Positions 8,865 to 16,297 of a stretch of 64,000 bases of DNA are shown piece after piece. The notes under the pieces were generated by a model. That model was not told the origin of the DNA. It saw only the letters and a program-made list of their open reading frames with translations, and ran no database searches. Each line of letters opens with the position of its first letter. Position 1 is the stretch's first letter. Position numbers and translations under genes: made by a program. This DNA is from Candidatus Uhrbacteria bacterium (lineage in GTDB: Bacteria > Patescibacteriota > Patescibacteriia > SG8-24). The stretch lies in NCBI GenBank assembly GCA_016929435.1, contig JAFGIV010000006.1:8071-72070 (forward strand), written 5' to 3'.

Positions 8865-9014
8865 ATGGACGATGACATGCGCGACGACGACATCCTCGAG
8901 GAGGATGGGACGGAAGGGGTCGAAGAGGACCTGGATGGCGTCGAGGAAACGGACCCTGAGGCGGATGCCGACGGCGGGGACGTGGACGATGACATGGATG
9001 ACGACGAGCTTTAG
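8865..9014 (+). CDS. Hyper-acidic 49-aa protein (hypothetical)
   Basis: MDDDMRDDDILEEDGTEGVEEDLDGVEETDPEADADGGDVDDDMDDDEL. GC-rich third codon positions. Own promoter upstream and a perfect terminator hairpin downstream. Below the 60-aa cutoff of the ORF track. Confidence 0.5.
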   Translation: MDDDMRDDDILEEDGTEGVEEDLDGVEETDPEADADGGDVDDDMDDDEL

Positions 9015-9036
9015 GCCGTTGGGCATCTGAAGACGA

Positions 9037-9065
9037 CCGGAACGGGCGAACCCGTTCCGGTTTTC
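9037..9065 (+). terminator. Rho-independent terminator
   Basis: ccggaacggg-cgaa-cccgttccgg perfect hairpin followed by tttt. Confidence 0.8.
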
Positions 9066-9141
9066 GTTACCCGCCAATACGCCCACGGTTGGGGAAGGGG
9101 AGGGAACGGCGTTGCCCGTGAGGTTTCGGTAGGTTCCTTAA

Positions 9142-9780
9142 ATGCTGCCGCCCGTTTTGGATGGGCAATGTTTGCAAAATAGAAAAAGTTATTTTATCAA
9201 ATTAGGAATAGACACAAATAACATAGTATCAACTAATTTGATACACGAAACCAATGTGGCGGTGGTTGATGAAAAAGACAGGGGTCAAATCCTCCCCAAT
9301 ACCGACGGACTGATGATAACCGCCAAGCAAGGCGTTTTCCTGACGGTAACGGTAGGGGATTGTGTCCCGATATATTTTTTTGATAAAAACAAAAAGGTTA
9401 TTGGTTTAGTACACGCTGGTTGGCGCGGCGTTATAAAAAATATTTCAAAATCATTGATTGATAAAATGGCAAATGAATTTGAGTCAAAATCAGAAGACAT
9501 ATCTGCCCATATTGGTCCCCATTTGCAGAAATGCCATTTCGAAATAAAAGAGGATATTGTGCCGCAATTTGATGGCGAGTTTGTCTTGAGAGAAGACCGC
9601 ATCATGAAAGTTGATTTACGATCCATGATAAAACAACAACTCCTGTCACTTGGCGTAAAATCGGAAAATATAGACTCAAGTGATGGATGTACCTTTTGCG
9701 ACAAGGAAAAATATTTTTCATATCGTAGAGATAAACCAGAAAAAGTGCAGTCAATGATTGCGTATATAGGCATGATATAA
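9142..9780 (+). CDS. pgeF: PgeF/YfiH family (DUF152, Cu-oxidase_4) protein, apparently 5'-truncated at a GC-content junction
   Basis: VGDCVPIYFFD, LVHAGWRGV, CTFCDKEKYFSYRRD and SMIAYIGMI match the YfiH/PgeF core. Compared with E. coli YfiH, about 35 aa are missing from the N-terminus (the STRxGGxS region). GC content drops sharply at about 9176 inside the ORF. Confidence 0.6.
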   Translation: MLPPVLDGQCLQNRKSYFIKLGIDTNNIVSTNLIHETNVAVVDEKDRGQILPNTDGLMITAKQGVFLTVTVGDCVPIYFFDKNKKVIGLVHAGWRGVIKNISKSLIDKMANEFESKSEDISAHIGPHLQKCHFEIKEDIVPQFDGEFVLREDRIMKVDLRSMIKQQLLSLGVKSENIDSSDGCTFCDKEKYFSYRRDKPEKVQSMIAYIGMI

Positions 9781-9983
9781 TAGGGAATGTTCGTTTTTTG
9801 GCATTCACTCTCGTCCCTCTTCCCGTATGGGGTTTCGGTTTTCTGAAAAACCCGTTCCCCAAACTCTTCCCCGTTACGCCGTGCCGAACCCCCCATGTCC
9901 GCAACATTAGGTGAAATACACGGAAAGTCTTGTCGGTAAGATGCTCAAAAGTAATCAATTTTTCATTTATTATGAACACGACA

Positions 9984-10028
9984 ACAGAAAAAGCCATACC
10001 TTAACGGTATGGTTTTTTCTGGTAGGCC
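9984..10028. repeat. att-like direct repeat, copy A (tRNA-Glu 3' tip plus downstream hairpin)
   Basis: acagaaaaagccataccttaacggtatggttttttctggtaggcc matches 14150-14194 (acagcaaaagccacgccttaacggtgtggcttttgctggtagccc) at about 38 of 45 nt. Ends with the TGGTAG(G/C)CC tRNA 3' terminus. Confidence 0.6.
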
Positions 10029-10253
10029 AGATACTCGCCCAGTGGAACCAGCTTATCCCGGAGCTTAAGGCTTGGGCGGCGTTTGAGGAGGTTCTTAAAA
10101 ACGAGGCTAGATCTGGGATTTTGGTAGGTGGTTAGAGTCTGACAAGGGGGAGTGGAATCAGTGTCATGAGAGATAGCATGGAACAACTTATTGTAGAAAA
10201 TTTAAAGCACGGACGTGGTAAATGCCCGTGCTTTAAATTTACAGTTCCGCGGT

Positions 10254-11018
10254 CTATGAGCCTGAAGCAAAGATATATAAGTCTGGATTGATATAGATAT
10301 CGTCTGGGGTAACCCAGTAGCCACCGTTGTAATCAATATTTTTGCTAGCGGAGTATTCGTAGCCCTTGTATGGCAATTTACTACAGTACCAGTTACTACT
10401 CGTATATTTGGATGTTGGCGTATAGAATGGCTCGCCAGCTTGATTGCGGATGTAAGTAACCGCACCGTATCGGTTCGAATAAGTCACAGATGGAAACCAG
10501 CCACCTTGTGCAGTATCATAATTGTTTCGGATAGACGATTTTGATTGTCTGCCGACTTTGTCACATACATCCGGTTCAGAACTGCAGATTCCGGAATCAG
10601 GGTATGCGCTCCAGAAAGGTCTTTCTGAAAGGTCATTTGGATCAGATTGATAGGCGCTATCAAAGGTTGCCACATGCTTCCATGTGCATACTACACCGTC
10701 AAAGAATTCGCAGCCTGGATTGGTGACAAATACTATGTCACCGTAATCGAAATAGACAAACGAAATGTTGTTGGTTCCCGTGTTAAGCAAGCTAACATCA
10801 GATTTATTTGGGAGGTTTTTTTGATTGGCTACATACGTAGTGTCATTTTTTAGGTTCAACACCGGAATTTTTGGGATATGTTGTTGCGATTTCATCTTAT
10901 CCATTGCCACACCGTGCTGTATGGCAGCATCTGTCAACTGTGGTGTTTCTTGGGCCATGGCCCCGCTTGAAAGCAAGACGCCAAATGTGATTGAGAGTGC
11001 TATGGCTAATTTTTTCAT
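10254..11018 (-). CDS. Secreted hypothetical protein (signal peptide), low-GC island cargo
   Basis: MKKLAIALSITFGVLLSSGAMA|QE signal peptide. Aromatic and Cys-containing mature domain. AT-rich codon usage distinct from flanking DNA. Confidence 0.65.
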   Translation of the reverse strand: MKKLAIALSITFGVLLSSGAMAQETPQLTDAAIQHGVAMDKMKSQQHIPKIPVLNLKNDTTYVANQKNLPNKSDVSLLNTGTNNISFVYFDYGDIVFVTNPGCEFFDGVVCTWKHVATFDSAYQSDPNDLSERPFWSAYPDSGICSSEPDVCDKVGRQSKSSIRNNYDTAQGGWFPSVTYSNRYGAVTYIRNQAGEPFYTPTSKYTSSNWYCSKLPYKGYEYSASKNIDYNGGYWVTPDDIYINPDLYIFASGS

Positions 11019-11034
11019 ACTTTTTTGTGAAAAG

Positions 11035-12249
11035 TTAGTTTGTGATAATGGTCGGGTTGCCCTGTAGGTTTATGGTGTTGATATTTTTGAAAGAGCTTAA
11101 TGAGAAAATTTGGATGTCTTCATTTCCTGGTCGAGTTACAAATATCTCATTATTGATGATTATAGCATCTTTTGCCGCAAAGAGATACTGGTCATGAGTA
11201 TCCACGTCGTCAATCAGGTCCCCTGTTTTTTTGTCTATGATGACAATGCCCCCTTTTTCTGTTAACGGGTCACCGGTGCTGTCAGAATATATCATTAGGA
11301 CATAATTTCTGTGAATTAATAATTTTGGATTAGAATGTCTTGGGGTGACAAGGTATTTGGAGTCGTCTTTTATTTTGTTGTAAATAACCAGAACAGTATT
11401 GCCTTTCGGGTAAACAGTTTCTTTAGATATTTTAACATCGTTTTGTTCATTATAGTCACCTATAAACGGCATCCAGTAGGATTCACTTGGCGGATCATAG
11501 GCTATGTCAGCAGGATATACGTCAGCAATTTTTTTAGTAATTAGTAAGTCGATACTGCTGGAAAAATCAGGATAGACAATGGCTACATTGTTGCCCTCGT
11601 TTCCTCCAGATCCATGCATAATTGGTATGTACACTTGGCCGTCATTTAATAGCCGAGGCTTTCTGGGTGATCCCGGCAGGTTTTTGACAGTTTGTATTTC
11701 ATTCGTCTCAGAATCTAGAATTGATATTGCCCACCCGCTGCCATCTTTGTATTCAAATGAATGGACGATGTAAGCATTTCCTTGGTTGTCGAAAGTCATC
11801 TGTTCTGGGAGTGCCTCAGACTGTATTTTTGCTACAATTTTTTCTTCGTTTGGATTGATGATCGCAATATGGGCTGTGATTTTTTTTTTGCTCGACGACT
11901 GTTCTTTTGGCTTGACCGATACGCTTGCGTAGAGATGGCCATTTGGAGCAAAATCTATATCGGCGACGTAGTAGTACTTTGGGTCGGCGATTTGGAGACC
12001 GTGTCCGATCTGCTCTCTGGTTTTTGCATTAAAAAAATATACGAAGTTTTTGTTGACTAAGATTGCAAACTGATTATCATCGCGTTCGATATTTGGCAGG
12101 CGTCCAACATGTTCCAGCCCTAATTCAGCATCGTTATTTTTTGGTGTACGACTCTTGTGGCATATAGCGCCAACAGCACATGTTGCCACGAGTGCGATGA
12201 TTGACACGGTTACCATTGATAATTTTATTTTAGTTCGTGGTGTTTGCAT
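11035..12249 (-). CDS. Membrane-anchored beta-propeller-like protein (YVTN/YncE-like repeats), island cargo
   Basis: N-terminal TM (VTVSIIALVATCAVGAI). Repeated blades such as ISILDSETNEIQTV and IVIIDKKTGDLIDDV. AT-rich. Confidence 0.65.
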   Translation of the reverse strand: MQTPRTKIKLSMVTVSIIALVATCAVGAICHKSRTPKNNDAELGLEHVGRLPNIERDDNQFAILVNKNFVYFFNAKTREQIGHGLQIADPKYYYVADIDFAPNGHLYASVSVKPKEQSSSKKKITAHIAIINPNEEKIVAKIQSEALPEQMTFDNQGNAYIVHSFEYKDGSGWAISILDSETNEIQTVKNLPGSPRKPRLLNDGQVYIPIMHGSGGNEGNNVAIVYPDFSSSIDLLITKKIADVYPADIAYDPPSESYWMPFIGDYNEQNDVKISKETVYPKGNTVLVIYNKIKDDSKYLVTPRHSNPKLLIHRNYVLMIYSDSTGDPLTEKGGIVIIDKKTGDLIDDVDTHDQYLFAAKDAIIINNEIFVTRPGNEDIQIFSLSSFKNINTINLQGNPTIITN

Positions 12250-12349
12250 ACTGCATGTAGAAAAGTTGTATTTTTAAATACGTTTCATAGAAATTATATA
12301 TGGTAATGAAAGATAGCAAAAGATTGATATTTTTAGAGCAGGCCGGCTA

Positions 12350-12403
12350 CGCGCCCAGTGGAACACGCTTTGGAGTGTCCCCCATACGTTAGACAGACTT
12401 CCC
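12350..12403 (-). pseudogene. Pseudo-tRNA fragment (D-arm/anticodon-arm half related to tRNA-Glu)
   Basis: gtgtcccccatacgttagacagacttccc versus the tRNA-Glu gene gtgtcctaaccgttagacgaacgggcc (shared cgttagac, gtgtcc, cacgcttt). Also shares a 13-nt CGCCCAGTGGAAC motif with the sequence just right of repeat copy A. Confidence 0.3.
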
Positions 12404-12428
12404 ACGGAGAGGGCATAATCAAGAACGT

Positions 12429-12705
12429 ATGGCAAAATACGTAGACAGGGACCTGAAGGAACAGGTTCTCCGGGCCGTCAGGGACGGCATGAAGGTCTCC
12501 TGGGCCAAGGCCAAGTTCGGGGTCAGCGACAACGTCGTGTGCGGCTGGCTCCGGGTCCAGACAGACAAAAAGCCAGGACCTTGCGGCCCTGGACTGGATT
12601 GAGATCGAGAGGCGCCTGGACAGCCTGCCCCGGAAGTCGCTCGGATACCTTACGCCCAACGAGGCACTGAATCAATACCTGGAGGGTGGTGCAATTAAGG
12701 GTTGA
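12429..12705 (+). pseudogene. Decayed IS30-like (rve/DDE) transposase remnant: N-terminal HTH fused out-of-frame to the C-terminal tail
   Basis: MAKYVDRDLKEQVLRAVRDGMKVSWAKAKFGVSDNVVCGWLR (HTH), stop, then frame-shifted IERRLDSLPRKSLGYLTPNEALNQYL, which resembles the IS30 C-terminal LNNRPRKTLGxKTPxE motif. The segment is GC-rich inside the AT-rich island. Confidence 0.5.
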
Positions 12706-12769
12706 ACTTCGGGAAATCATAGGGTATACTCCTATTAAGGCGTGCGTATTCACAAATTAATATTTTTTT

Positions 12770-14032
12770 ATGTTTTTCATAAGATTAAAAATTGCATCGA
12801 CGGCATTTTCCTTGTTGGCGGTCATGTTGCTTTCGGTTACTTTGGCCGTGCCGACGGCCAAGGCTGACGGGTATGTCAATCTAACCTCACCAAATTATAC
12901 GGAGTATGGCACTACACTGACGGCCGGAGAACACGTTACGGTAAAGTGGGGAAGCGCATTGTCCAGCGTTAGTTTGGTTGACGCAACAGTATGGGTAAAA
13001 GAGTCGACGTCTACCGGTTCAAATGACGTTTTTTATTCTAATATTGCCGTTAACGCACCCCCAACGCATAGCGGCATAACTTGGACGGTTCCTCAGGAGC
13101 TTACCGGAAAGGCCATAGCCTTCCGGGCGGAAACGAAGGATGCCTACGGAAACCATCTTGGATTCTCTCACAGCGATGTCTTCACCGTCATTTCCCAATC
13201 AAATAACCAGAAAACTGTCAGTCATATCAGCATGACGTCTCCATGTCATTCAGGTATTAATTCTCCATTTGTGGTCGGTGATTATGTGCAGATCAAATGG
13301 GGAAATGTATCCTCTGATATCCGTACCGTAGATCTGTCAGTTTGGGCCAAGACCCCGTACGAATCGACGGAACAGCTCTATTCGAACATTCTTCTAAGCG
13401 CCTCTCCAAACCATGGTGGCGTATCGTGGCAAATCAGTCAGGATTTGTCGGGGAAGAACATTTCGTTTAGGGCTAATGGAAAAGACGCCTACGGAAACCT
13501 TTTGGCTTCCGACAGTACTAATGTTTACAGTGTCGTATCCAAACCAGTTGCGACCCAAGCAACAGGGGTAAGCTATCAGAATTGGGTATCTGAACAAGCA
13601 ATGTCTGCCCCTACGATATCAGCCGATAAGGGATTGCCTTCGACTATCGTGTCGGGTTGTACGACCGGAACCCTGTTCAGAATCGCCTCCAACCCAGCAG
13701 TCTATTATTGCGGGACCGACGGAAAGAGGTACGCTTTCCCTGATAGCCACACCTATTTCTCTTGGTACGAGGATTTTTCCGGAGTAATTACGGTGTCCGA
13801 CAAAAGTATCGGAGCGATTCCCTTTGGTGGGGTTGTCTTTATGAAGCCTGGAACTCTGGTTAAGATCGCTTCTGACCCCAAGGTTTACGCTGTTTCCAAG
13901 GGAGGCACCTTGAGGTGGGTCAGGACTGAATCTGTTGCTTCACAGCTGTGTGGCACAAACTGGAATCGCAAGGTTATTGATATCTCACCGGCATTCTTTT
14001 CGAATTACGTAATGGGTGAGACTTTAGAGTAA
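12770..14032 (+). CDS. Secreted protein with two about 130-aa internal repeats and a C-terminal domain shared with CDS 45530..47287
   Basis: Signal peptide MFFIRLKIASTAFSLLAVMLLSVTLAVPTAKA. Repeats (...VTVKWG...FRAETKDAYGNHLGFSHSDVFTV / ...VQIKWGN...FRANGKDAYGNLLASDSTNVYSV). The C-terminal about 120 aa (LFRIASNPAVYYCGTDGKRYAFPDSHTYFSWYEDFSGV...DPKVYAVSKGGTLRWV) are homologous to the C-terminus of the protein at 45530..47287. Confidence 0.75.
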   Translation: MFFIRLKIASTAFSLLAVMLLSVTLAVPTAKADGYVNLTSPNYTEYGTTLTAGEHVTVKWGSALSSVSLVDATVWVKESTSTGSNDVFYSNIAVNAPPTHSGITWTVPQELTGKAIAFRAETKDAYGNHLGFSHSDVFTVISQSNNQKTVSHISMTSPCHSGINSPFVVGDYVQIKWGNVSSDIRTVDLSVWAKTPYESTEQLYSNILLSASPNHGGVSWQISQDLSGKNISFRANGKDAYGNLLASDSTNVYSVVSKPVATQATGVSYQNWVSEQAMSAPTISADKGLPSTIVSGCTTGTLFRIASNPAVYYCGTDGKRYAFPDSHTYFSWYEDFSGVITVSDKSIGAIPFGGVVFMKPGTLVKIASDPKVYAVSKGGTLRWVRTESVASQLCGTNWNRKVIDISPAFFSNYVMGETLE

Positions 14033-14149
14033 TTTGCGCCATTGCAGAATCGGGCTTCCTGGCGATCGGTGCAGATGGATTTGCGTATCGGTGTCAGGGA
14101 CCGTTATTACTGACAATTTTTTTGGGGTAGGGAAAGAAAGCTCTTAGAA

Positions 14150-14194
14150 ACAGCAAAAGCCACGCCTTAACGGTGTGGCTTTTGCTGGTAGCCC
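14150..14194. repeat. att-like direct repeat, copy B (overlaps the tRNA-Glu 3' end and its terminator hairpin)
   Basis: See copy A at 9984-10028. Hairpin gccacgcc-ttaa-cggtgtggc flanked by A and T runs. Confidence 0.6.
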
Positions 14195-14260
14195 GTAGGG
14201 GAATCGAACCCCTGTTCCCACATTGAAAGCGTGGTGTCCTAACCGTTAGACGAACGGGCC
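14186..14260 (-). tRNA. tRNA-Glu (anticodon TTC)
   Basis: Reverse complement GGCCCGTTCGTCTAACGGTTAGGACACCACGCTTTCAATGTGGGAACAGGGGTTCGATTCCCCTACGGGCTACCA folds as a cloverleaf: 7-bp acceptor (G1-U72 wobble), D-arm GTCT/GGAC, anticodon stem CCACG/TGTGG with loop CTTTCAA (UUC), T-arm AGGGG-TTCGATT-CCCCT, encoded CCA. Confidence 0.9.
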
Positions 14261-14345
14261 TTAACGATAGGAATGATATGGGAGAATTCGGGCCGTGTCA
14301 AGCGGTCTGGACGGCGGCCGGGCCACGGTGTAATGTTTCCAGGAT

Positions 14346-15416
14346 ATGAGGATACTGGGAATCGAGACATCCTGCGACGAGTCGGCGGTGGCCCTCCTGG
14401 AGGTCAGGGACGGCCGGACCGTCGGTTTGGAGCACCTGGTGGCCACCCAGGCCATCCACGCCAGGTATGGTGGGGTGGTGCCTGAGGTGGCGGCCCGGGA
14501 GCATTCCGTGACCGTGCCGTTGCTTCTGGAATCCCTGGCCGAGAGGGCGGTCGGCCGGCCGGACGGCCGGGCTTTGGGTCAGGCGGTCGATGTCGTGGCC
14601 GTGGCCAGCGGCCCGGGGCTGGTGACTTCCCTGAAGATCGGCCTGGATCACGGCCGGGTTTTGGCTGCCGCCTGGGACAGGCCCCTTTTTGCCGTCAACC
14701 ACATCGAGGGGCACATCCATTCCAATTGGCTGCCCGGCGCCGAGATGGACGGGGCGTGGGATGCGGACGGGGACATCTTTCCGGCCCTGGTGCTGGTCGT
14801 TTCCGGCGGACACACCGAAATGCTGCTGATGGCCGGACACGGGCAATACCGGCTATTGGGCGCGACTCGGGACGATGCGGCCGGGGAGGCTTTCGACAAG
14901 ACCGCCAAGATGATGGGTTTGGGGTATCCGGGCGGGCCGGCATTGGCCAGGTTGGCCGAAGTCGGGAACCCGAAGGCCTTTGATTTCCCCCGGCCCCTCC
15001 TGGCTGATCCGAGCCGTGACTTCTCGTTTTCTGGGCTGAAGACGGCGGTCCGGTATTTCCTGCGCGACAACGCCTCACGGTCGGGGGAAAGGGTGTTTTT
15101 GGCCGATGTCGCCGCTTCGGTCCAGGCGGCGATCGTCGATGTCCTGGTCGGAAAGGCCGTTCGGGCGGCTGTCGAATCGGGTGTGCGTTCGGTCATGCTG
15201 GCCGGTGGGGTGGCGGCCAATGCCGAATTGCGGCAGCGGCTGCGGGAACGCCTGGGGAAAGAGGCACCGGGAATCCGGACGATCGAGCCGCCCGTCGGGT
15301 ATTGTACCGATAATGCGGCCATGGTCGCCGCTGCCGCCTATTTTCAGGCCAAAAGCCGCCCGGCTGACGACTGGAGGATGGTTCAGGCCGACCCGCATTG
15401 GGAGATCGGACGCTGA
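14346..15416 (+). CDS. tsaD: tRNA N6-adenosine threonylcarbamoyltransferase TsaD (Kae1/YgjD)
   Basis: MRILGIETSCDESAVALLE, HIEGHIHS, SGGVAANAELR; full-length 356 aa. Confidence 0.95.
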   Translation: MRILGIETSCDESAVALLEVRDGRTVGLEHLVATQAIHARYGGVVPEVAAREHSVTVPLLLESLAERAVGRPDGRALGQAVDVVAVASGPGLVTSLKIGLDHGRVLAAAWDRPLFAVNHIEGHIHSNWLPGAEMDGAWDADGDIFPALVLVVSGGHTEMLLMAGHGQYRLLGATRDDAAGEAFDKTAKMMGLGYPGGPALARLAEVGNPKAFDFPRPLLADPSRDFSFSGLKTAVRYFLRDNASRSGERVFLADVAASVQAAIVDVLVGKAVRAAVESGVRSVMLAGGVAANAELRQRLRERLGKEAPGIRTIEPPVGYCTDNAAMVAAAAYFQAKSRPADDWRMVQADPHWEIGR

Positions 15417-15435
15417 CCCGTTTGGGTATCTGGAT

Positions 15436-15900
15436 ATGGAGAGGGGAAAGACGGTCAGAATCGCCGATTTGGACGGTTTGGGGAGCTTCGCCGCGGAGGT
15501 TTCCTGCCGCTTGAGGGGCGGGGAGACAATCGGGCTGGTCGGGGATTTGGGGGCCGGAAAGACGGCTTTCGTCCAGATGCTGGCCAGGGCCATGGGGATC
15601 ACGGAAGCCGTGCGCAGTCCGACCTTTACCCTCATGCAGTGCTATGGGGTGGGGGAGGAATACTCCCGCCGGACCGGGATCGGGGAGCTTTGCCACATCG
15701 ATGCCTACCGCCTGGAGACGGCGGACGGCCTGTATGCCATAGGATTCGGCGACTATGCCGGGCGGAAGGACGCCGTGACGGTCATCGAGTGGGCTGACCG
15801 GGTGGAACCCGTCTCAAGGTTGGGGGGCTACCGCAGGATCGGTTTTGGTTTCGGTCAGGACGGCAGCCGCATTTTGACGGTTGATCCCGGCTTATTGTGA
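15436..15900 (+). CDS. tsaE: tRNA threonylcarbamoyladenosine biosynthesis ATPase TsaE (YjeE)
   Basis: Walker A GDLGAGKTAFVQMLARAMGI, SPTFTLMQCY, HIDAYRL, VIEWAD. Internal ATG within track ORF 15106..15900, immediately after tsaD. Confidence 0.85.
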   Translation: MERGKTVRIADLDGLGSFAAEVSCRLRGGETIGLVGDLGAGKTAFVQMLARAMGITEAVRSPTFTLMQCYGVGEEYSRRTGIGELCHIDAYRLETADGLYAIGFGDYAGRKDAVTVIEWADRVEPVSRLGGYRRIGFGFGQDGSRILTVDPGLL

Positions 15901-15907
15901 CCATAAT

Positions 15908-15938
15908 AAAAAATGGCTAAAACAAGCCATTTTTTATT
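15908..15938 (+). terminator. Rho-independent terminator
   Basis: aatggct-aaaacaa-agccatt hairpin followed by tttttattt. Confidence 0.7.
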
Positions 15939-15964
15939 TACGGGCAAATTTACGGCAAAACCCT

Positions 15965-15993
15965 TGACAGGTTTTCTGATTCGTGATAAATTA
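15965..15993 (+). promoter_or_regulatory. Sigma70-like promoter (cccTTGACA-17-TAAATT)
   Basis: -35 ttgaca 15965-15970, 17-nt spacer, -10 taaatt 15988-15993. No CDS downstream on this strand. Confidence 0.5.
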
Positions 15994-15999
15994 ATCTCT

Positions 16000-16157
16000 T
16001 CCCTGATGGGGATGTTGATAACCCGAGGGACGAAACGTCTCGCGAAATCGCGCTCACGACAAGCATGGGGGTTGCGTCTAAGGTCATTCCGGCTTAGGCT
16101 CGAATGTTTCTTAGAACGGCCTTCTTGGGCGCGATGTCACGGGGCGTTTTTTTTTTG
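16000..16157 (+). ncRNA. Candidate small RNA (about 155 nt) between an orphan promoter and a T10 terminator; identity unknown
   Basis: Promoter at 15965-15993. Multiple local hairpins (gacg-aaa-cgtc, cgcga-aat-cgcg, ctaag...cttag). T10 run at 16147-16156, followed by a second terminator at 16192-16220. Not matched to SRP, 6S or tmRNA by eye. Confidence 0.3.
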
Positions 16158-16191
16158 GGTTTTAGACTTTTCGCATCGGTTTTAGTTTATT

Positions 16192-16220
16192 CAAGCCCTG
16201 AAAATTGGGGCTTGTTTTAT
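16192..16220 (+). terminator. Rho-independent terminator
   Basis: aagccc-tgaaaatt-gggctt hairpin followed by gtttta. Confidence 0.6.
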
Positions 16221-16297
16221 ATAAATTAATCCTTTTCAACATAAATCCCCCGGATGGGGGATGAACGTGCGGCACCCGGCCAGAGTGTTCTTTCGGG

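Noticed and set aside
8703-9086. 127-aa minus-strand ORF and 96-aa plus-strand ORF (8740..9030) overlapping the acidic-peptide region
   Set aside because: Both would run through the promoter and/or terminator. The acidic 49-aa frame has GC3-rich codons and fits between the signals exactly.
10029-10060. Extension of the att-like repeat A into a longer tRNA-Glu copy
   Set aside because: Beyond the shared TGGTAG(G/C)CC, similarity to the tRNA body is at background level. Only the 45-nt repeat is claimed.
15913-16185. 90-aa basic ORF downstream of tsaE
   Set aside because: It reads straight through a T10 terminator run (as Phe codons). It begins before the promoter -35 box. The region is treated as a candidate sRNA instead.
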